Positions 22,706-32,000 of a stretch of 32,000 nucleotides of DNA are shown here, piece by piece. Origin of the DNA: Candidatus Saccharimonadota bacterium (GTDB lineage Bacteria; Patescibacteriota; Gracilibacteria; Absconditabacterales; Absconditicoccaceae); NCBI GenBank assembly GCA_000503875.1, contig CP006913.1, positions 570,001 through 602,000 of the forward strand, read 5' to 3'. Position 1 is the stretch's first letter. Each line of letters begins with the position of its first letter. The notes beneath the pieces were generated by a model, which worked only from the letters and a program-made list of their open reading frames with translations, was not told where the DNA came from and ran no database searches. Both the position numbers and the translations under genes were made by a program.

Positions 22706-23584
22706 ATGAAACTACTAAGATTATATGAATCTAGAGAAATAAGTAAAAAAAAAGAGAGATTTGATACAGAAGCAAAAATAATATGAGGCATAGAGACTTA
22801 TTTTATGCCATATTTAGATATATATTATGATGGGAAATTCAGAAACATTATAGATTGAAAAGAGATCGAAGATGCTGATATATACTGGATACCATCTACT
22901 GTAAAAAAATGAATTAGCATGAATTCTTGATTAATATATTATCTAGGAATATTAAAAAAGAAAAAGATAATGGATCCTTTTAAATATTATGGAATCCTTT
23001 GAGGAAAATTTCAACAAACATTGTTTTTTAATCATTATTGACACAAGACACCAAAAACATTTTTTTTCCAAATAACCCAAGAACATAAAAAATCCTATAT
23101 AGATATTATAGAAAAAAATTTCACTTATCCATTTTTAACCAAAGATTTATATTTGGAAAAAGGGAAATGAGTAATTCTTATTAAAGATAGAGAAGAATTA
23201 ATAAACAACATAAATAAATATACAGACCAAGGAATATTAATACAAGAATGTATAGAAAATACCTGAGAATATAGAATATTATGTGTTTGAAAAAAAATAA
23301 TAGGAAGCTTCAAAAGATATAATCCTAACCATTACAAAAACAATACATACAAATGAACACTCTTTGAAAAAGCAGAATTAACGAAAGAAACAAAAAAAGA
23401 AGTTCTGAAAATGGTGGCTAGATATGGCATAGAATTTGCTGGTATAGATCTCTTAATCGGTAAAGATTGAGAACTCTATTTTTTGGAAATAAATTCATGA
23501 CCTCTCTACAAAAGAGCCGAAGAAGTTTTGGAAATAAACGTAGTAAAAGAACTTTTATTGTATCTTAAAAAAGGTGGAAAATAA
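22706..23584 (+). CDS. RimK/GshB-like ATP-grasp ligase (292 aa)
   Basis: Continuous table-25 ORF (checked) starting 9 nt after the previous stop. Motifs: YPFLTKDLYLEKGKGVILIKD, GILIQECIENTGEYRILCVGKKIIGSFKRYNPNHYKNNTYKGTLFEKAEL, GIEFAGIDLLIGKDGELYFLEINSGP. These follow the RimK pattern (K-P..G-S-x-G-x-G-V, Q-E-F-I..D-x-R, R..F-x-x-N..G-G, G-x-D-L..E-x-N..P). Confidence 0.85.
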
Positions 23585-23605
23585 TATTTATATACTACCA
23601 TAATA

Positions 23606-24856
23606 ATGAAAAAGATTGCTGTAACATGAACTAAATGAAAAACAACAATAATAAGATTAATCAATTTTATTTTATTAGAATTATGAAATAAGACATTGTC
23701 TGTCGATTCAGATTGAGTATATATAAACTGAAAACAGAAATTAGACAAAAAAGATTCTATAAACATCTATTGATTACTACCCTGAAAATGCCCATGACGT
23801 TTCCTATATTTAGGATATGATTATAAGAATAAATATTGGAAAATAGATTATGCAGTATTAGAAACAATTATTGGCTGTTATGTTACCTGACTTTGATATA
23901 AAAAACACGATATATGAGTTTTTTCAAATGTATTTGAAGACCATATAGGAGGCCTATGCTCCGCAATCAAAACAAGAGAAGATTTAGCGTTAAGAAAATA
24001 CAGAATTATTTCAAAAATTAAAACAGGATGATATTTTGTATACAATATGGATGATCAGCTAATAGCAAACAATATGGATGATCATATATCAAATGAAATT
24101 AAAAAAATATGAGTAACAAAAGATTTAGAAAAATTTCAATGAAAAAAAACATGTATATTCATTTCAAAAAAAGAAGTTAAAATAAAAATTAGCAACAAAA
24201 TTATTAAATTTGATCTATCCAATAACAAGTTTTCTTTCTATTGAGAATATGAACCAGCATTATACAATATTGGTTTATCTATTTGATGATTATTAGGATT
24301 ATTAGGAGAAGAAATATTTATATCAAAACACAAACAAATAAAAGAAAGTATAGATAGATATACAACTGATATATTAGGAGGAAGAATGATCTTATTGGAA
24401 CAAAATGGCAGAAAAATTATATTGGATTATGCACATGAAAAACAGTCATTATCAGCAGTTCTAAAGCTAGCAAATACATTGAAAACAGGGAAATCTATAG
24501 GTGTTGTAAGACTATCTCCCGAAAGAGAAGATAAAATATATCATAACATAGGGAAAAGTATTGCAAGCCTTGCTGATGAATTTATTGTATACGATAAAAT
24601 TGATTGAATAGAAGACAAATCATATACAATAAATACAAAAGAAATAAAAAACAAGAAAAGAAACCCATGAGAAATAATGCATTTATTTGCTGAATGAATT
24701 AAAACAAAAAATAAAAAGGTACAAGAAATTATTTATCGAAAAGATGCAATAAAATATTGATTAAAAAACACTAAAAAAGGAGATGTAATAGTAATCATAG
24801 TAAAAAACAGCAAAGAAACAGGTGTTTTTATAAAAAAATACCTTAAGATAAAATAA
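23606..24856 (+). CDS. Mur-ligase-family protein resembling the M (Mur-ligase-like) domain of cyanophycin synthetase CphA (416 aa)
   Basis: P-loop I-A-V-T-G-T-K-G-K-T-T with Gly encoded by TGA at 23627..23629 and 23636..23638. LSVDSDGVYINGK (compare CphA T-T-D-G-I-Y-I). DYAVLETIIGCYVTGLGYKKHDIGVFSNVFEDHIGG (compare CphA A-V-L-E-T-A-R-G-G-I-L-R-x-G-L...N-I-x-x-D-H-L-G). ILDYAHEK (compare D-Y-A-H-N-P). The frame was checked; track ORF 24386..24607 is in frame. It starts 21 nt after the ATP-grasp gene. Confidence 0.85.
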
Positions 24857-24906
24857 GCTGATACAAAAGGAAGAAAACACAGAAGAAAATTCTTAATCAC
24901 TTTCCC

Positions 24907-24935
24907 TTGATTCCCCCACTCAAATCACTTAAATA
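24907..24935 (+). promoter_or_regulatory. Candidate promoter for the 7TM gene (TTGATT, 17-nt spacer, TAAATA)
   Basis: ttgatt at 24907..24912 and taaata at 24930..24935, in the 109-bp gap before the ATG at 24966. This is a weak -10 match. Confidence 0.25.
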
Positions 24936-24936
24936 T

Positions 24937-24960
24937 GAGGCAATTTATTTGCCTCTTTTC
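24937..24960 (+). terminator. Hairpin plus T-tract immediately upstream of the 7TM gene. It is either a terminator/attenuator for the ligase genes or a 5' leader hairpin.
   Basis: gaggcaa (24937..24943) / ttgcctc (24949..24955), 5-nt loop, then ttttcttctt running into the ATG at 24966. Confidence 0.4.
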
Positions 24961-24965
24961 TTCTT

Positions 24966-26492
24966 ATGAAAAAACTCTCATTACTCATAACAATACTTCT
25001 TTGACTTTTTGTTTTTCCAGCATTTGCTGAGGAACAAGCACACAATGCTGCATGATGTGAAAATAGGACATATGACATCAAGGGTTTATCTGATATCAAA
25101 AAAGGTCAAACTGCTGAATATAGTATGGTTTGGGCAAAAGATAAATATCTTTGACCTATAAGCTTTAACTCTATAAAATTCACTTTAAGCAAAAACAACA
25201 AGGTTATTTCAAAGAATAATTCTGATTTTTTCTCATTTACTCCTTCTGAATTAGGAAAATATACATTACAAGTAGAAGCAATCGATAACCAAAACTGTTA
25301 TAGTAAAATAAGCAAAACCATAACTACTCATGATAAAATCATTCTCTATATAGGGAAAGCTAGCGAAGATCTTCAAGTAGAATTCGATGATACTTTCAAA
25401 AAAAACAACACTCTTTTTAAGAAGATCATCATAAAAGAAAAAAAACTTTTTGGAGAAGATGAATTACTATGAGAACTCGCTGAAAATAGTAGTTATATTA
25501 AAAACAGTTCTATTATTATTATTAATATAAGCAATTTTGATAGTTTCTTTCAATTATTATGAAATATTAATAAGACAGAGACGCTCAACTTAAACAAAAA
25601 AGATATTTATCTTATAACAGATCTTAATAAATATTTTCTCAAAAGAATAGTTGCAAAATATCTCAATACCGTATGAATAGAAAAAATTTACACCGTAAGC
25701 GATAAAGATTTCTTTAGTGTTCTTTCAAAACTTTCTTTTAAAAAAGATTTACAAAACGATCCTACAATAACGACATTTTCATTATTATTTCAAGAAGCGC
25801 CCAAATATATTCTGATTTCTTATTTAATAGATAATTTAATTTACAATTGATTTCCTATTGATTTAATAGGTATATTACTAGTTTTATGTATAGCAACACT
25901 AGTCATAAGCATCTTTAGACAAGTTATTTGATTCTCTGTCTTTGGAATTTATAGTCCTCTTCTTTTTGGGCTTGCCATGGCAATTCTCAATATAAAATTA
26001 AGTCTTATCCTTTTAGCTATTGGAATTTTAGCCAAGGTCTTAACTCATCTTCTCAACAAAAAAATATATCTTCTTTTTAATACTAAATTATCTGTCTTAG
26101 TCGTTCTTTATTTTCTACTGACAATCATAGTTCTTGGGCTAGATAAAATTCTTCACACCAACATTATAAATCTGGATATATTCAATAATGGATTTATTAT
26201 TTTCCCTATTATGTTTATTATTATTGTTACTGATAAAGTATTCAACGAAGGATTTAAGGTATTTAGTCTAGGATGGTGGATTTCTTTTGGAGAATTTTTA
26301 ATTGTAAGTTTCTCTGTATATGGATTATTAAATCGATGATGGATGAAACATATATTATTATCATACCCAGAAAGTATTCTTATTGTTCTTTTGTTACATA
26401 TAATTATCGGTAGATTTACAGGTCTTCAATTATTAGAATATTTCCGTTTTATGCCTCTTATCAAAAAACATTTCGATAGTGAAGAAGAATAG
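24966..26492 (+). CDS. Membrane protein (508 aa): signal peptide, ~290-aa extracytoplasmic domain, and a C-terminal 7TM_transglut-type seven-helix module (the partner of RimK-related ATP-grasp ligases)
   Basis: MKKLSLLITILLGLFVFPAFA (signal). The C-terminal half is seven hydrophobic helices: FRQVIGFSVFGIYSPLLFGLAM..., IIFPIMFIIIVTDKV..., and the family-typical tail YPESILIVLLLHIIIGRFTGLQLLEYFRFMP (26409..26450; compare G-R-Y-T-G-Y-R-L-x-E-x-x-R-F). The frame was checked from 24966 to TAG at 26490..26492; track ORF 25977..26339 is in frame. Confidence 0.85.
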
Positions 26493-26565
26493 AAAAAGAT
26501 CTTGTAACATTTTTATATCAGATTCGTAGTATAGATATAATTCTTTACTTGTTAATACAAAAAAA

Positions 26566-27327
26566 ATGGACAAAAAACGATTATGACTTGTTTCAACCGC
26601 AGTAATCTGTGGAACACTTATCTTTGTTGGATATGTTATTAAAACACCGTACAAGCAACAAATTTCTAGCCAACAAGGAATTACAAACACCGTTAGCGTT
26701 GCTGGAGAAGGAAAAAGCTTAACAGCACCTGATACACTGTCTATCAATATTCAAATCTCAGAATTAGGAAAAACAACAAAAGAAGCTCAAGACAAAGCAA
26801 ATGCAAAAATTGCTAAGATCAAGGAAGCTCTCAAAGAATATAATATCCCTAAACAAGATATCCAAACAACAAATCTGAATGTATACACAGAATACGATCG
26901 AACAAATAATACAAGAAAACTTCTTGGATATAGATCTCAACAAGATTTAAATATCAAAGTAAAAGGAGAAAACTTCTCAGAAAAATGAGCAAATGTTATC
27001 AACAAGATATCAGAAATTGGGGAAATCAACGTAAACAATATAAATTTCATTCTCGATGATAAATCAGTAGCAATGGAAGAAGCTCGTGAAAAAGCATTTA
27101 ATGATGCAAAAGCAAAAGCTGAACAACTTGCAAAATTAGGAGGATTAACACTTGGACAACCAACAATGATTACTGAACAAGAAATTCAATATAACTATGA
27201 TAGACCTATGTATGCTATGGAAGCAAAAGCTATGGATTGAGCTGGTAATGTAATGAACGACCAATCACTTTCAGCTGGACAATTGGAAATGACTGCTAGA
27301 GTAAATATCGTTTATGAATTAAAATAG
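26566..27327 (+). CDS. SIMPL-domain (DUF541, BP26/YggE-like) envelope protein with an N-terminal anchor (253 aa)
   Basis: MDKK-x-LGLVSTAVICGTLIFVGYVI (anchor), then TVSVAGEGKSLTAPDTLSINIQISELGKTTKEAQDKANAKI...LLGYRSQQDLNIKV...AREKAFNDAKAKAEQLAKLGGLTLGQP...LSAGQLEMTARVNIVYEL. These are the typical SIMPL blocks. The frame was checked codon by codon; stop TAG at 27325..27327. Confidence 0.85.
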
Positions 27328-27443
27328 ACACAAAAAATCTGATAACTAAAAGCTTGCACAAAATAAGGACACATTCTTGTTTTGACAGGCTTTTTTTATA
27401 TATTAGACAAAAGTAGACATTTTATTTTTCCAGACAATAATTT

Positions 27444-30400
27444 ATGAAAAAATTATTTTCACTAATTACAAGCTTTGCTCTAATATTTTCTTTGTTTTCC
27501 AATCGAGTAATAGCACTCACATGGACTATTGAATACAGTCCTAGTAGTTTAACCAATACTGATGTTGTAGCAACCATCACTGGTTTTGATGAAACAGGAA
27601 CAGTTATCCTCAACAATGGATGATCTCCCATTTATACATTTACCAATAATAGTTCTTTTGATTTTGAGTTATCAGGTGATATCAGCACAGGTACCGCAAA
27701 TGCAAACGTAACATGGATCGATAAAGAAGCACCTCAAATCATAAATATAACTGGATGACAATATTTCAAAACAAACATTATCCCAACCATTATTGATTCA
27801 AATTATTCAGGAGCAACACTCAATGGCTTAGAATATACAGGAACAGAAATTACTGATGAAGGAAATTATACACTATTTGTAGAAGATACATTAGGGAATA
27901 ACCAAACCGTTTCCTTTACTATAGATAAAACATTGCCAACAGCAAGTATCGATTATTCTCATACAGGAATCACGAATCAAGATGTTATAGCAACCATTAC
28001 AGGATTTTCTGAAACCATCACCGACCTCAATAGTACAGGGACTACCTTTACAACAAATGGAACATTCACTTTCACCTATCAAGATTTAGCGGGAAATTTG
28101 GGAACAACTGTAGCTGAAGTCACAGGTATTGATAAAACGCCACCTACAGCAATCGTAGATTATTCTATTCTATGACCAACAAATAGTGATGTTATAGCAA
28201 CCGTTACCGGATTTTCTGAAACCACAACAAATCTGAATACACCAACACATACTTTCACATCAGATGACAGTTTTATCTTCACGTATGAAGACGAAGCAGG
28301 GAATACAGGATCATCAGTAGCAACCGTTACACGAATCGACAAAGAAATGCCTACCTATAGCGGAATAACAACATGATGATTATACGGAAACGAACAAACA
28401 ATTACCTTCAGCGATAATAAAGCAGGCGTTAGCGCAACACTCAATTGAGCATGATATACTAATGGAACACCTATCAATGGTTATGGAATTTTCGAATTTA
28501 TAGTTACAGATACTGCGGGAAATACTACATGAGCCACCTTTCAACTTGATACGACAGTACCAACAATAACAATTAATGGTTCATCACCCCTATATCTTGA
28601 AGTCTTTTCTCCCTACACAGAAAGCTGAGCAACATGGTCAGATAATAGTAGTTCAGGAACGGTAAGTGATATGATTGGAGCAGTAAACACAAACATCATT
28701 TGAACCTATACCATTGATTATTTCTATAGCGATGGTTTCCATACATGATCTACACAAAGAGAAATATTTATCCAAGATACAACGGCACCAATAATAACGC
28801 TCAATGGAGATAATCCAGTAACTATTGAACGCACATTCTCTTATACAGAAAGCTGAGCAACACGATCAGACAACTACGATGGAACAGGCGATATAACAAT
28901 AATTTCATGATCGGTAGATACAAACACAGTTTGATCATATAACATAAGTTATGAAAAAACAGATACTTCATTAAATAGTAGTTCGCTATCAAGAACGATC
29001 AACGTCATAGATACTATACACCCTACAGCAAATATTATCTATTCAAAAACATGAATAACAAATCATGATGTAGTAGCAACTATTACAGGATTTTCTGAAA
29101 CTACAACAAACCTCAATACAGCAAATTATACTTTCACAGGAAATGGAACCTTTATTTTTACTTACGAAGATCTTGCGGGAAATACATGATCGACACTAGC
29201 AACCGTTACATGGATTGACAAAGAAATGCCTACTGCAAGCCTACGATACGATCCAATGGGACCATCATGGACCAATGGAAGCGTTTTTGTACAAATAACA
29301 TGATTTTCTGAAAGTATAACGTGATTAAATCAACCAGATTATTTATTTATTACCAATGGAACCTTTGTTTTTAATTATCGAGATATAGCCGGAAACACAG
29401 GAACAAATACAGCAACCGTTACATGGATTGATATTACGCCACCTACTATTGGACAGGCAACTATTTCGGTTGGAACAACAGGAAATAACGGTGCTACATT
29501 ATATTATAAAGGAATAATTGATATCAAAGCAACCGTTAGTGACGCTTGATGATCAGCTCTCGATGGATCAACATGTGAATACACACTCGACAATGGAGCA
29601 ACACGAAATCCAGCATGATTTAGTAGTACATACTGCCAATTAACAAGCTTAGATCCAGCAACAAATATCCAACTCGCATTTAGAATACAAGATACTGCAA
29701 CAAATCTAACAACAGGAACTACGAATAATTATATTTTTGATAATACAGCACCTAGTACCACGGCAAATCCAAGTTCATGATTAAGTAATACAAGCATACC
29801 TGTAATACTTTCTAGATCAGATATTGGAATCTGAACATTTTCAGGAACACGATATTGTATAGATACGACGGATACCTGTACACCAAACATTGCAGGTACA
29901 GTAGCAAGCATTACCGGTGCTGCAAACACTTCAGAAACAAAATATCTGAGATATCGTTCAATAGATAGATTAAACAACACGGAAAGCATAAAGAGTAATG
30001 TCTACACAATAGACAAAGTACTTCCCTCTATCACAGGCACAACAAGCTCTTCAAACAACGCTACAAATTCAGGATATGCAAAAACGAATGACATCATAAC
30101 AATCTGATTTTCAAGCACGAGACCACTTGCAACACTACCTACCCTTACTATTTCTGGAGGTAGTTTAACAACAGGTATTGTAACTGATCTTGGAGGGAAC
30201 AACTACTCTGGTACCTATATAGCAAAAGTAACAGATATCCAGGGACAAATGAAATTTATCGTAAATATGCAAGACACCTTAGGTAACACAGGAACAGCAA
30301 TCATAAATAGCGTTATTCTCGATAGAACAGCTCCTGCTGGTATAGCATTTACTTCACCAGCTGCAGGTGCCTTTTGGACATCAGGACGAAATTATGATAT

Positions 30401-32000
30401 CAGACGAACAACAGGTACGGAAACTAATTTTTGACCAACAAGCATCAAGATAACCTATTCAATCAATGGATTTAGTGGAAGTTCTACATTAGAAAATGGA
30501 ACAGGAAATAGTGGAACCTATACACGAAATAATTTCAATCTTACAGATAATTTCCAAACAAGAATTTTTGCAACAGATCTTGCAGGAAATCAAACAATAA
30601 TAACAAGTAGTGTAGTACAGATCGATAATATATCGCCTATTGCTGCAACATTTATTGCACCTACAGGTGGCGAATATTTCAAAGGAGGAAGTGGTTATCT
30701 TATCACATGGACAGGAGGATATGATGAAAATGTTGCATCAATAACATTGGAATATACAACAAACAATCGAGTATCTTCTGGTCTTATTTCAAATACAATA
30801 CCAACAAGTAGCACTTCTTATCTACGAACAGCACCAGCACTCAATTCCAATACCATAAAATTACGTGTTACTTATAGAGATTATGCATGACTACAAGGAA
30901 TCAAACAAACCCCGACGGTATTCACTATTGACTCTACAAAACCAAATATAACCAATATAATGTCAGGAAGAATTTATACAGGAACCATCACTCCAACCAT
31001 TGTAGAAGTTAACTATTCTGGTAGCATATTAACAAGTTCGACAGGAACAACGAGATATACAACAACTGGATATTCTATTACACAAAATGGACGATATGAT
31101 TTATTTATCGAAGATAAAGCGGGTAATTTTACAGGACGTATATTTGCGATAGATACCATTGCTCCAACCGTACAAATAGATACAGGAACCATCTATAAAA
31201 ACACAGGATTTACCCTAACAGCAACAGGTATTGACGCCACTGCTGGTATTTCTTGATATCAACGAACAAAATTCAGTGGAACAGGAACTCTCACTTTCGG
31301 ATCTGGGACTTCTAATACAACATCAATTACAGCAAGTACAGGAGGAACCTACATTATTCAAGTTAAAGCAATAGATAAAGCAAATTTAAGTTGATTTGCA
31401 ACGTTTACGCTAATTCGAGATAACCAAGCACCTACACTTTGAAGTTGAACAGTTACAACAGGAAACAAAATAGCTACATTTACTTTTTTCTCCAACAAAA
31501 CAGGCACAGTTATCTATAGTGGAAGCTGTGGAAATGGAACAACAACATCAATAACAAATAGCTGAGCTACTACAATATCCTGGACTTTAACAAACAATAC
31601 GTATAGTAATTGTAACATCAAAGTTACTGATAGTTTTGGAAATTATAGTCGAATAGCTGTTCCTAGCTTTACTATCAATTATACAGCTCCAAGTTGATGA
31701 GGTGGTTGATGAGGTTGAGGAGGAGGATGAACAACAATACCAACATGTACTCTTTCAAATCTTGTTTGTGAAAATTGAAAATACACCAAAAAATCTGGAG
31801 TTTCTTGTCAATGAGGCGATCTTTGATATTCTTGTTCAGAAACAAGTAGTGGTACATCTACAGGGACAACATTAGAGTTTTCTGACAGTATTTTATCAAC
31901 AGCTTCAGCAGAAACTATTGCAGCAACATTAGTCGGAATTCAATGAGTTGCTGAACTTAAAAAAGCTTATATTTATGGAAAATATTTAGGATTAACAAGT
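27444..32000 (+). CDS. Second giant cell-surface protein. The N-terminal 1,519 codons are visible and it continues past the right edge. It has a signal peptide, arrays of bacterial Ig-like domains, DUF5011-like domains, a poly-Gly linker and a Cys-rich segment.
   Basis: ATG at 27444 (MKKLFSLITSFALIFSLFSN, signal-like). The frame with codon starts = 0 mod 3 has no TAA/TAG to position 32000 (checked line by line). Track ORFs 27933.., 30249.. and 30960.. are in frame. Recurrent ~70-aa units T-N-x-D-V-I/V-A-T-I-T-G-F-S-E-T...T-F-T-x-N-G-T-F-x-F-T-Y-E-D-L-A-G-N-x-G...A-T-V-T-W-I-D-K-x-x-P are characteristic of surface Ig-like repeats. Confidence 0.9.
27519..29444 (+). repeat. Five copies of a ~70-aa Ig-like coding repeat (27519..27734, 27936..28145, 28146..28352, 29022..29231, 29232..29444), interrupted by other domains
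   Basis: Each copy carries T-N-x-D-V-x-A-T-(I/V)-T-G-F-(S/D)-E, an A-G-N-x-G block in four of the five copies (the first has D-I-S-T-G instead), and ends in V-T-(W/G/[CGA])-I-D-(K/I)-x-x-P. Confidence 0.7.
28557..29021 (+). repeat. Two tandem DUF5011-like Ig domains (28557..28784 and 28785..29021)
   Basis: VPTITINGSSPLYLEVFSPYTESGATWSDN...IGTYTIDYFYSD aligns with APIITLNGDNPVTIERTFSYTESGAT-[CGA]-SDN...VGSYNISYEKTD. Both match the P-x-I-x-L-x-G...Y-x-E-x-G-A-x-A-x-D...G-x-Y-x-I-x-Y pattern. Confidence 0.65.
31695..31730 (+). other. Twelve-codon poly-glycine linker written as tga tga ggt ggt tga tga ggt tga gga gga gga tga
   Basis: Read directly in the frame of the giant ORF: six TGA interleaved with three GGT and three GGA, flanked by ..Y-T-A-P-S and T-T-I-P-T-C. 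Confidence 0.9.

Noticed and set aside
27350-27397. Possible terminator after the SIMPL gene (aagcttgcacaaaataagg ... cttgttttgacaggctt followed by T7)
   Set aside because: The stem is long but has several mismatches. The T-run is convincing but the hairpin is not, so it is left unannotated.

Overview
Strongly AT-rich bacterial chromosomal window that cannot be read with the standard code. In the supplied ORF track every real gene is shattered, but the pieces of each gene share one frame and are separated only by TGA. Reading TGA as Gly (translation table 25; SR1/Absconditabacteria and Gracilibacteria, i.e. Patescibacteria/CPR) restores 14 uninterrupted genes. I walked most of these frames codon by codon (both giant genes, dnaE fragment, metG, the SbcC-like gene, the transporter, cysS, the 7TM and SIMPL genes); the others were checked in part and rest otherwise on same-frame track ORFs. 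No in-frame TAA/TAG was seen. In addition, CGA codons fall on invariant Trp positions of CysRS, MetRS and an M23 domain, and they alternate with TGG in the same column of internal protein repeats. CGA is therefore most likely decoded as Trp, not Arg. To my recollection this second, sense-codon reassignment was predicted computationally for an Absconditabacterales clade, which fits this sequence. Layout, left to right: <1..8332(-) giant beta-helix-repeat surface protein built from ~1.6 kb tandem modules; 8700..9641(-) DnaE reduced to its PHP domain; metG(-); SbcC/Rad50-like ATPase(+); polytopic membrane transporter(+); EnvC-like degenerate-LytM protein fused to a GH73-like glycosidase(+); cysS(-); class-I aminotransferase(+). 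Then comes a four-gene amidoligase cluster at 20261..26492(+): an ATP-grasp fused to a DUF1704/QEGLA (MATCAP-type) metallocarboxypeptidase, a RimK-like ATP-grasp, a cyanophycin-synthetase-like Mur-ligase-domain protein, and a 7TM_transglut-type membrane protein. After that: a SIMPL/BP26-like protein, and 27444..>32000(+) a second giant surface protein made of Ig-like repeats with a 12-Gly linker half-encoded by TGA. No rRNA, tRNA, CRISPR, transposase or integrase was seen. Start codons lack Shine-Dalgarno motifs.
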